A stretch of DNA of 49,168 nucleotides from Octopus bimaculoides (taxonomy: Eukaryota): positions 26,821,496 through 26,870,663 of the forward strand of contig NC_069004.1 of the NCBI RefSeq assembly GCF_001194135.2. The letters are read 5' to 3'. This document shows, piece after piece, positions 39,171 through 49,168 of this stretch. The position numbers and the translations under genes were made by a program. How positions within the stretch are numbered: the stretch's first letter is position 1; every line of letters starts with the position of its first letter. A model generated the notes under the pieces. It saw only the letters and a list, made by a program, of their open reading frames with translations, did no database searches and was not told the DNA's origin.

Positions 39171-39189
39171 TAGTAATTTTTTTCTCTTG

Positions 39190-39290
39190 TTGGCCACGAA
39201 AGGATGAAAGGCAAAGTTGACCTCGGCGATATTTGAACTAAGAATGTAAAGAACTGGAAGAACTACCGCGTAGCATTCTGGCAACCTGGC
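39190..39290 (-). mobile_element. SINE family A fragment (only minus-strand copy seen)
   Basis: cgaaaggatgaaaggcaaagttgacctcggcgatatttgaact is the reverse complement of the family A core. Confidence 0.8.
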
Positions 39291-39340
39291 AACAGGCAGT
39301 CGAACAAAACCCATTATTCAAGTCCTATGATATATATATA

Positions 39341-39378
<38 letters not shown>

Positions 39379-39793
39379 CACACACACACACATATATATA
39401 TGCGTGTATGTTTGTGGATACATGTATATATATATACATATATGCATGTTTGTATATATATACATGTATATATATATATATGTATATATAGATATACATA
39501 TATATATTTATACATATGTATGTATTTATTTATGGCTGTATGTGTGTGTATATGTATATATATATATATACACATATATACATACATATGCATATATATA
39601 CATATATATATATGTAGAAAGAGAGAGAGAAAGAGAAAGAGAGAGAAAGAAATAGAGAGGGATAAATAAATAGATTAACAGACAGACACGTAGGCACACA
39701 GATAAACACACAGAGTGGCAGACAGACAGCTCTTCGACTGATCGATCGATCGATAGATAGCTAGACAGAGAGACAGAGAGACAGCAAACAGAC

Positions 39794-39916
<123 letters not shown>

Positions 39917-40189
39917 TGTTAATCTATATGTATCCATTTATAAGTAATCATATTCTCCACTTAAGTGTTGCCTAATACTTGTGATAGAAATCTGCATTCC
40001 GCTACTGTTATCATCATCACCATTACCATCATGATCCTAATCACCATGCCCCCACCACCGCCACCAGCACCACTGGCGCTGCCATCGCCGTTTTCTTGTT
40101 TGGAGTATACCCATTGTACTATATCTATTCTGTAACTCCATGGCTGATTACATTTCAGGCTATAACTCTACAGTTTGTCTATTTTATTG

Positions 40190-40820
40190 ATATTATTTAA
40201 CGCAGAACATGGGTTTTTCCCAGGAGCGTTATTTTCAGTAGCTTCACGCATCGAATATTTACCTGGAATTTCTTCGATTATCCGATATCTATTTGGCTTC
40301 ACTGTATTTTCGCTTCACTGCTCTTCAGATTCCAAACACAACACAGAACTCTTTGTTTTTATCTGGCTTCGATATTGCTCGATATTTCTACACTCGGTAA
40401 TTTCCATCTCCAGACAACGTTACTGAGATGTTATTGTCAGTGGGTCAAACTACATGAATAAGTAATACACAACGTCTCTTATTACAACAACCTACCTCTC
40501 GTAGTTTACTCGTATTCCCTTACCTGTATTTATTTTCATAAATCAAATAATCAGATTATTTCATTCTCTATCACTCTTTCAGACATATGTCTAACATTTC
40601 TTTTTCTTCTATTGGTACGTACTTAATTTCCAGCTTTGTAAGTAGCCACCCTGTAATATTTCTTAATATATTCTGCAGAAACTCGTCTGCTACATCCAGA
40701 TAAGATATAGTTAGTAGTCTTACCGATCTCAACAAACGTACAACATCTATATTTTGTATTTTTCTTCAATATCTTCTGCAAGGAAGGTGTTTTTTTTTTA
40801 TTACAGAGTATTCGAGCCAA
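40190..40820 (-). mobile_element. Old R4/Dong-clade 3' fragment
   Basis: KILKKNTKYRCCTFVEIGKTTNYILSGC...AEYIKKYYRVATY (eroded CCHC region) and EEIPGKYSMREATENNAPGKTHVLR (eroded C-terminus, cf. 45760-45800). Confidence 0.6.
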
Positions 40821-40959
40821 ATTCGATGATATTTTATGTATCCTCTTTTCGGAAGAGCTTGATGTATTGGTAAACAGTCAACAGCGTTGGAGAGCATGAA
40901 GATTAAAGGTGTAGTTGAGTAAAAGTTAATGACATAGAGTCAGAGGCCTTCAGAACATT

Positions 40960-41460
40960 GGAAAAGAATTACCTGTATGATAATGATTCGTGCCGGATAT
41001 CAGAATAGTGACATTGTGGCCGATGCGCAATACTCTGCCTTACCAAAGGCTGCAGGACGTGACATGGACATCATGAAAGACAATTTCCCCAAAAATTGTG
41101 GTATTTGGGTGTGTCTTCAGTGAGAGTGACATCATGTCGCTCCACGTCTTTGAACAAGGCCCAAGAACCAATTTAGACGGCTAGATGAAGCTGCTGGAGA
41201 CTATGGTCAATTTCTGGCTGGTAAGGGTTGCTGCTGGAAGGCTGAAAGTGTGTGTCAGCAGGATTCATTCAGCTCCTTGCCATACCTCCGGAATGAGTCA
41301 GACGTAGTAGTCGACGGTATTGCCAGCCCCAATTTCTGATCTCCTAATTCCTACGATTTCTGTGTGAAGACCGCTCTGCCTGCAATACCAAGACCGAGCC
41401 AAGATCAAGGAAGTGTTCCGAAGAACTTCCCAGATATACAGTGAGGATCGCACCTTCCTC
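40960..41460 (+). mobile_element. Tc1/mariner-superfamily transposase fossil with internal deletions
   Basis: VVFGCVFSESDIMSLHVFEQG...KLLETMVNFWLVRVAAGR, QQDS, APCHTSG and PNF*SPNS (cf. QQDxAPxH and WPPxSPD). Confidence 0.8.
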
Positions 41461-41571
41461 TCATATATGTGATGTAAGTTAAGGCAAAAATCGTGCTCCT
41501 TAAATTGTGTTATTTCATATAAAACGTTCAGCATAAGACGCAAGCTACGCCTAGCAAAGATAGAGTTGGAG

Positions 41572-41807
41572 TATTGCTTTTATTCTTGAAGCCCATGCTA
41601 GGGCACCGCCTTGAAGAATATTTTAGTCGAATCTATCAATCACAGTACTCAATTTTTAAAAACTTGTTACTTATTCTATCGGTCTCTTTTGCCGAACCAC
41701 TAACCCACGGGGACTTAAAGACATCAACACCAGTTCTTAAGCGTTGGTGGGGGAGGATAAGCACAGACACAAAGACACACACACACACATATATATATGT
41801 ACGTGTG

Positions 41808-41853
<46 letters not shown>

Positions 41854-42014
41854 AACAGGCTTCTTTCAGTTTCCGTCTACCAAATTAATTCATGAGGTTT
41901 TGGTCAGCCTGAAGCTATAAAAAAGACACTCGCCTAAGGTGCCACGCAGTGGGACTGAACTCTGAACTACGTGGTTGGGAAATAAGCTTCTTACCACACA
42001 GACACGCCTGCGCC

Positions 42015-42015
<1 letters not shown>
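41572..42015 (-). mobile_element. SINE family C, essentially full length
   Basis: Reverse complement carries the head (gtgtggtaagaagc...gagttcagtcccactgcgtggcacctt), the internal microsatellite and the 3' end (ggcggtgccctagcatggg). Confidence 0.9.
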
Positions 42016-42056
<41 letters not shown>

Positions 42057-42640
42057 AAAGAGAGAGCGAGAGAGCGAGAGAGAGAAGGGGTGTGTTTGTG
42101 TGTGTGTGCGTGCGTACGTTTATGTGCATGTGGGTGTGTGTCTGTCTGTCTATCAAATCCCTTCACAAGAAGCCACTTGCCTAAAATGCTGCGAAGTAGG
42201 ACTAAACCGGAAGCCGCGTGTACGTGGTTACAAAACGAGCTTCTAAACTACATCGCCACGCATGGTTTTTACATCTCCCGATTTACTTATGTTTCACACA
42301 TCCACCTGATTTCCATTTGAAGACTCATCTACTTCGTTTATTTTATTTCTTGCAGCAGTGTTCCTGTATTCCTGTCAGAAGAGATTGAAATGTGTCCCAG
42401 AGTATATTAATTCATATTCCTGTCTTCAGCTTCAATGACAAAATACTGGGGGGGGTTTTGTGGTTATTTCTATTACCAAATACTTGTATTTTTATAGTTG
42501 ATCTTGTTTTATTTATTATCATTTTTGTTTTTTATTATTTTTCTTAAAGACATAAATGTTGTCTTTTAAAATTGATACATCGATGAGAAGGCATTTCTAA
42601 CCCTGGTGGTCTTTTACATTAATATTCCGTCAATTAATAT

Positions 42641-42843
42641 GGCGACGAGCAGATAGATTCGTTAGCACGCCAGGCAAAATGCTTAGCGGCATTTCGTCCG
42701 TCTTTACGTTATTAGTTCAAATTCCGCCGTAGCCGACTTTACCTTTCCTTTCGGGATCCATAAAATAAATACCATTCGAATGTTGGAGCCGATGTAAACG
42801 ACCTACCCGTTGCTGGCGGTGTGCCAAAATTTGAAATCCATAT
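42641..42843 (+). mobile_element. SINE family A
   Basis: ggcgacgagcagatagattcgttagcacgccaggcaaaatgcttagcggc...gttcaaattccgccg. Confidence 0.88.
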
Positions 42844-42895
42844 TTCGCAAATTTAGCTTTATATGCCGACTGTGAGTTGGTAAGTCCCGAATATG

Positions 42896-42957
42896 AAGGC
42901 CCATGGCTTAGTGGTTAGGTTATTCGGTTCACAGCCGTGATGTCATGAGTTCGATTG
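42896..42957 (+). mobile_element. SINE family B tRNA-like head only
   Basis: aggcccatggcttagtggttagg...gagttcgatt, cut off right after the B box. Confidence 0.7.
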
Positions 42958-43770
42958 TGTGGGAGTATATGATAGAAGAGAGTGTGGAAAAGCTTCAAGC
43001 ACCTGATCAGCCAGTTCCAACTGTCTGACAGGTACCGACGAGATTTCCCTAATGTGCCAGTGTGGACCTGGACCAACCGCCTTAGGATCATCTGGATTGT
43101 ATGTAGATAGGATTTTCATTAGGAAAATAGACAGTAACAGTGTAGGATATCCACTTTTTAAAATGGTCGCCTATTCAGTCCATGAGTTTGTAATCTGTAC
43201 TGTCGACCTAGATAAGACGCGTTGGGTAGGATGCGGGTACCGGAAGCTGAACATGTCGTTTCCGGCACGTAAGGCTTACAAGGACCTGGTCGGCAATTTA
43301 CATAAGCAGGGGTTTACAGGGGTGGGGTCGTCAACAGCAGGTGGTGGGCAGCTATCAAAAGAGCGTTTAGAGTAATGTCAATAGGGTTTAGCAAATAAAT
43401 AGCGTTAGAGAAAATAGAAAAGAGGAGGGGTTAGTAGATAAACTAGACGAGGTTAGATAAACTAGATAAACTAGGCTATTTGTAGTGGTATTTCAACCGG
43501 TGTGCTAGCAGCGAGAATGACATTAGACCAGTTGTTCAACGCGAAACATGAAGGCTGCATTATCAGAGCTCAGGCGCGTGCTCTAAGAAACGTGGAGACC
43601 AAAGCTGTTCGATGGGCCCGCGTGACGGAGATGCAGCGTGGTAACAAGACTATAATTCGGTCTTGACGAACCGAGACGGACACGAGCTGATCGATTTCAG
43701 GTAGATGTGTGAGGTATTTCGTCAGCACTTGCTCATAGTGCGTGTTGACTTTGCGTAGGACTACAAAAAG
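42958..43770 (+). mobile_element. Tx1/L1-like LINE ORF2 fragment (APE C-half and linker)
   Basis: VWTWTN, YVDRIFI, VAYSVHEFV (SDH motif), GYRKLN (GYWKLN motif), RWWAAIKR, GCIIRAQARALRNVETK...EMQRGNKTIIRS; frameshifted. Confidence 0.85.
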
Positions 43771-43789
43771 TGGGATCAAGTCTTAAAAA

Positions 43790-44400
43790 ATAAGAAAGGA
43801 GAACAAGAGTCTCCCTAGAAGATAATTCTTTTGATTGTTACAGAAAAGACGTGTTTCCCAGCTAAGCATGCTGTTCTTAATCAGTGCCCACACGTTCTCG
43901 GCTATTCCACACATGTCAAGTGTTTCCAAAATCCACGAATGCGACAACATGTCACAAGCCCTTTTAAAGTTTATGCAAGTCAAGCAATGGGTCGGAAATT
44001 GTCAACCTCATTGTCTTTTGACTGATCTTTCATCAAATATGTTGTCTTTCTCTTTACAATCCGCTCCGGAAATGTACCACTCTGTAGGCAATTGTCTAAT
44101 TGCAAAGCAGTTCAATTCTGTGTCGACATAAACCACTTGAGCCAGTAGCCTTGAATTCCGTCTGTTCCTGCCGCTTTGCAATTTGGCAGTTTTGATAGCT
44201 GTGCAATTACATCTTCCGTTGTAATGTACACAGGGTACTGTTGTGGAGACTCCGGGCGATGGAGTTCCGATCTCAGGGATGAACGCACTCATCACCGTAG
44301 GTCTGGGAAACCTCTTGCCCACAGATGTTATTCCAAAATTGGCGGTTTTCCTATGCACCAGGAGGGATACCATCTTCTGTATCTCCTAAGCTCTTAAAAA
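43790..44400 (-). mobile_element. R4/Dong-clade RT fragment with an internal deletion
   Basis: ITTEDVIAQLSKLPNCKAAGTDGIQGYWLK...LDNCLQSGTFPE...DNFRPIA, then a jump to INFKRACDMLSHSWILETLDMCGIAENV. Confidence 0.9.
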
Positions 44401-44439
44401 TCTACCTCTGGCTATTTGAGAATAACTTGTATTGCTGGA

Positions 44440-44950
44440 ATTGCGAAATGCGATCAGTTTAGCGCTGTTATTATTAGCTCATCCATGCAAAGGGGGTGAT
44501 TGATCTGCCTATCGTGTCCAATTTACCCCTATTTTGTGCCATTCAACAGGTTACTGAGGGGAATGGGAGCCACAAAAGAAGAGTAGTGGTGATAATTTGG
44601 AAAAATGCTGCAGTTTATTTCGAAATCACAGTCTTTCATAATACTTGCCTCTGAATTCAGTATAAGAGTTGTTTTCCATTGCTTCATACTTTTCGACAGA
44701 AAATTATCAATAACTGGAGACATTTTATGTATTTGCAAGAATTTCTCAATCCAGCTATGGGGAAGGCTGTCAAACGCTTTTTTAAAATCAATCCATGCAA
44801 TAGAAAGATTTTTGCGTCGTTTGTGTCAATCCTCAAGAACAATTTTATTGATTAAAACTTGATCTTTACAATCATACAAACCACGTTTACAACCATTTTA
44901 TTCACTGAGGAATATCTTATTATCCATCAGGAAGATATATGTATATTCAG
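44440..44950 (-). mobile_element. Second, distinct R4/Dong-clade RT fragment
   Basis: GCKRGLYDCKDQVLINKIVLED*HKRRKNLSIAWIDFKKAFDSLPHSWI...SMKQWKTTL...PIPLSNLLN...INHPLCMDEL (eroded YMDD). Confidence 0.9.
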
Positions 44951-44954
44951 TACG

Positions 44955-45139
44955 TCAACACACCAGACAATATGCTTAGGGGCATTTCGTCCGTCTTTCT
45001 GTTTTTGAGTTCAAGTTACGCCGAAGTCGACCTTGCCTTTCATTCTTCCAGGATTGATATAAGTACGAGTAGAGCACTGGAGTCGAAGTAATCGCCTTGC
45101 CACTCCCCCGAAATCACTGGTCCTTGTGCCAAATTTGAA

Positions 45140-45198
<59 letters not shown>

Positions 45199-45212
45199 CA
45201 TCATCATTATTA
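44955..45212 (+). mobile_element. SINE family A with (TTA)n tail
   Basis: atgcttaggggcatttcgtccgtc...gccgaagtcgaccttgcctttcatt...gtgccaaatttgaaa(tta)n. Confidence 0.88.
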
Positions 45213-45213
45213 T

Positions 45214-45412
45214 GTACTGTCGTTAGCACGCCGAGAAAAGTGCTTAGCGGCATTTCATCCGTCTTCACGTTCTGAATTCAAATTCCGCCGCGGTCAGCTT
45301 TGCCTTTCACCCTTCAAGGTCAATAAAATAAATACCACTCAAGAATTAGGGTCGATGTAATAGACTTGTTCCCTCACCCGCAATTTCAAGCATTGAACCT
45401 TTAGAAAAAAGT
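45214..45412 (+). mobile_element. SINE family A
   Basis: cgttagcacgccgagaaaagtgcttagcggc...ctttgcctttcacccttc. Confidence 0.88.
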
Positions 45413-45423
45413 ATTAACATTAT

Positions 45424-45635
45424 GGCGGCGAGCTGGCAGAATCGTTAGCACGCTGGACGAAATGCTTAGCAGTTTTTCGTCTGTCACTACGTTCAGAGTT
45501 CAAAATCTACCGAGATCGTATTTATCTTTCATCCTTTCAGAGTCGATAGGTTAAGTACCAGTGCAACACTGGGAACGATATAATCGACTTAATCCCCTCC
45601 CGCAAATAATAAGAATAATAATAATTATTATTATT
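45424..45635 (+). mobile_element. SINE family A with (AAT/TTA)n tail
   Basis: ggcggcgagctggcagaatcgttagcacgc...taagtaccagt...cgacttaatccc. Confidence 0.9.
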
Positions 45636-46114
45636 GTTCAGTAGTTTTATTTTTATAACGTGCTTTCACTTCACTACCGAGCGCAACTCTGTGCGCCTTG
45701 GGTATGTGCTGTGGTTTGCTGTGGTGCTCTTATGTTTACTGTATTGAAAGTGTTTTGCGTAGAATGTGTGCAGTACCCAGTAGTGCAATTTTCTGTATGT
45801 TATATATATTTGTAAGTCCTGGTGTTTTTGTTATGTATTTGTCTGAATATTTTTTTTATTATACCTAAGGCACCTACTATGATAGGAATTGTTTCTGTTT
45901 TTAGATTCCACATTCGAGTTATCTCTATTTCCAGGTCTTTGTATTTTGAAAGTTTTTCCATTTCTTTTAGAGAAACGTTGTCATCTGCTGGTATTGATAC
46001 ATCAATTAGAAAGCATTTTTTTTCTTCGTGATCTTTGACAACTATATCTGGTCTATTTGCCTTAATTTCTCTATCTGTGTGTATTGACATATCCCAGAGT
46101 ATGGTTGCTTTCTC
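45636..46114 (-). mobile_element. R4/Dong-clade retrotransposon, 5'-truncated 3' end (RLE endonuclease, 3' UTR)
   Basis: ATILWDMSIHTDREIKANRPDIVVKDHEEKKCFLIDVSIP...KEMEKLSKYKDLEIEI...IVGALG; after a frameshift QKIALLGTAHILRKTLSIQ* (stop 45736-45738). Confidence 0.95.
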
Positions 46115-46133
46115 ATCATCATCATCATCATCA

Positions 46134-46190
<57 letters not shown>

Positions 46191-46191
<1 letters not shown>

Positions 46192-46460
46192 GGCAACGAG
46201 CTGGCAGAATCGTTAGCATACCGGGCGAAAGGCTAAGCGGTATTTCCTTCATCGCTACGTTCTGAATTCAAATTCTGCCGAGGTCAATTTTGCCATTCAT
46301 CCTTTCCAGTTCAACAAAATAAATACCAGTTATGCACTGGGGTCGATGTAATCGACTAGCCCCTTCTCCCCAAAAATTTTCAAAGCCTTGTGCCTAGAGT
46401 AGAAATAATAATTATTATTATTATCACCATCATTATCATCATCACTATCATCATTATTAT
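46191..46460 (+). mobile_element. SINE family A, full length with (TTA/TCA)n tail
   Basis: aggcaacgagctggcagaatcgttagcataccgggcgaaa...ccttgtgcctagagtagaaataataattattatt. Confidence 0.92.
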
Positions 46461-46987
46461 CAAGAATTGTTGTTGCTGTTGTTTATACTTTTAATAATAT
46501 GTCTTTCATCACTGAAATAGTCTTTTGGTCGTGATGACGGAAGTGAAGCAGATTATTAAGATGCTGGTGACCGTGGTGGTGTTGGTGGTAACGGTGGAGG
46601 TGGTAACGGTGGAGGTGGTAACGGTGGAGGTGGTAACGGTGGGGGTGGTAACGGTGGNNNNNNNNNNNNNNNNNNNNNNNNNNNNNNNNNNNNNNNNNNN
46701 NNNNNNNNNNNNNNNNNNNNNNNNNNNNNNNNNNNNNNNNNNNNNNNNNNNNNNNNNNNNNNNNNNNNNNNNNNNNNNNNNNNNNNNNNNNNNNNNNNNN
46801 NNNNNNNNNNNNNNNNNNNNNNNNNNNNNNNNNNNNNNNNNNNNNNNNNNNNNNNNNNNNNNNNNNNNNNNNNNNNNNNNNNNNNNNNNNNNNNNNNNNN
46901 NNNNNNNNNNNNNNNAAATAGTCTTTTGGTCGTGATGACGGAAGTGAAGCAGATTATTAAGATGCTGGTGACCGTGGTGGTGTTGGT

Positions 46988-47131
46988 GGTAACGGTGGAG
47001 GTGGTAACGGTGGAGGTGGTAACGGTGGAGGTGGTAACGGTGGGGGTGGTAACGGTGGAGGTTGTAACGGTGGAGGTGGTAACGGTGGAGGTTGTAACGG
47101 TGGGGGTGGTAACGGTGGAGGTGGTAACGGC
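46988..47131. repeat. 15-bp G-rich minisatellite (ggtaacggtggaggt) x ~9.5
   Basis: Visible; partial duplicate before the gap at 46587-46657. Confidence 0.95.
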
Positions 47132-47632
47132 GGCTGCTAATGCTCAAGATGGCGTTGTTGAAGATAGTTATTGTATTGCGGCTCTGTTTGCTTGTAGGTT
47201 TAGAAAACAACGACGAAATATAATATATGTAAATATAATGGGAAATCTTTGCCTAGCAGCAGTTTTTCTTGGGTTATTTGCATTTCAGAAAGATATTTAA
47301 AAGATGCATATTTCATGTTGACGGCTTCTTTGGGGAAAACACGAGAAAGTACCATAAGCATTTGTTAACCAACATGACTTTATTTGGAACAAATATTCAA
47401 ATATACAAAGAGATGGGGTTGGAGCGTGTGTATGCATATACATGTGTGTGTGTGTACGATATATAGACACATGTATGTGATTGTATACATACATATATAT
47501 GTATACACGGTACATATATATGTATGTATACAATCACATACATGTGTTTATATATATATATGTTTGTGTGTGTGTCTCTCTCTCTCTCTTTCTCTCTCTA
47601 TCTCTCTCTTTCTCCCTCTCTCTCTCTTTCTT

Positions 47633-47664
<32 letters not shown>

Positions 47665-48078
47665 GAAATACATGTATATGTGTGCGTATATGTACATATG
47701 CGTAGGTATGTATTTGTGTACATAAATGGATATACAGGTAATCATTACTGATATATATATATATATATATATATATANNNNNNNNNNNNNNNNNNNNNNN
47801 NNNNNNNNNNNNNNNNNNNNNNNNNNNNNNNNNNNNNNNNNNNNNNNNNNNNNNNNNNNNNNNNNNNNNNNNNNNNNNNNNNNNNNNNNNNNNNNNNNNN
47901 NNNNNNNNNNNNNNNNNNNNNNNNNNNNNNNNNNNNNNNNNNNNNNNNNNNNNNNNNNNNNNNNNNNNNNNNNNNNNNNNNNNNNNNNNNNNNNNNNNNN
48001 NNNNNNNNNNNNNNNNNNNNNNNNNNNNNNNNNNNNNNNNNNNNNNNNNNNNNNNNNNNNNNNTATCACTCTCTCTCG

Positions 48079-48135
<57 letters not shown>

Positions 48136-49113
48136 CATATTCTATGCTCGTATATTCTGTGAGGAAGACACAGAATATATTAAAATCTAGAACTAGATAG
48201 AGTCATATATATGGACACAAGTGCATACATATACGTACGTACGTACATACAGACATGCATGCATGCACACCCATGCGTGTGTCTATGAACAAATGTATAT
48301 GTGTACGTGTGTGTGTATGTATGTATGTATGTATGTATTCATATGACTTTGTCTCTGTTTGTAGGTGTGCGCGTGCTTCAATGTATGCATTTAAGTTTAC
48401 ATCTAAGTATATTAGATATGATGAAGGATAGATACAAATAATGCATGCAATTATATATAAATATATATATATATATGTGTATATGCATGTATGTATGCAT
48501 GTATGCATGTATGTATGTATGTATGTATGTATGTATGTATGTTAGCATGAATACGGGTTCATGTGTTTGTGATTGAATATATAACTATACATCTCTCTCC
48601 GTCTCATATATAAAAGTATATATACATACATATATATATATATAAACGTATACATACATAAATACATACATATATATAAATATAAACGTATACATACATA
48701 AATACATACATATATATATACATANNNNNNNNNNTTATACATACACACATTATATATCTATATATATATATATATATATATATAAATATGTATGTATGTA
48801 TGCATGCATGTATGTATGAATTATGTATGCATACGCACATAGTTTCTGTTATTTCAAAGTATATGAAATAGAGTGGAGAGTTATAATTTATAAATTGGAC
48901 AGTGTGTTTGGACGTGAAGAAAGCAGAATTGAAAATAATAAGGCCTTCTAAAAGAATATATGTATATATATATATATATATTTACACATATATACATGCG
49001 TATGTGTTTGTCAATATATATATGTATGAATATATATATATATATGTATATACATAAATATATATAAACTTATGTATACATATGTATATATATATATATA
49101 CACACACATATAA

Positions 49114-49168
<55 letters not shown>

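Noticed and set aside
46515-47058. 143-bp exact duplication on both sides of the gap (46515-46657 = 46916-47058)
   Set aside because: Perfect identity flanking an N-gap and ending in a minisatellite is typical of an unmerged contig overlap.

Overview
AT-rich, microsatellite-saturated eukaryotic genomic DNA from a fragmented assembly, with about 15 N-gaps that mostly abut simple repeats. The three tRNA-derived SINE families and the repeat landscape match what I recall of Octopus, probably a short-read O. bimaculoides-type assembly; this is inference, not a database result. I cannot support any intact host protein-coding gene, rRNA, true tRNA gene or CRISPR array, and almost all ORF-track entries are translated microsatellites or N-runs. 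The recognisable content is decayed mobile DNA: seven fragments of R4/Dong-clade non-LTR retrotransposons (N-terminal domain, RT, CCHC knuckle, restriction-like endonuclease), two Tx1/L1-like APE fragments, an RTE-like 3' end, a Gypsy gag remnant, hAT, Tc1 and mariner transposase fossils, one clean hAT MITE with an 8-bp TSD, and over 20 SINE copies. The most interesting structures are: (i) a SINE(+)/(TTA)n/Dong(-)/(TTA)n/SINE(+) sandwich that occurs twice independently; (ii) a ~155-bp tandem array whose units join at GGG-TTAA piggyBac-like ends; (iii) an ungapped 131-bp, 84%-identical foldback from an unclassified local repeat; (iv) strong strand polarity of SINEs versus Dong. Boundaries of decayed elements are approximate (tens of bp).
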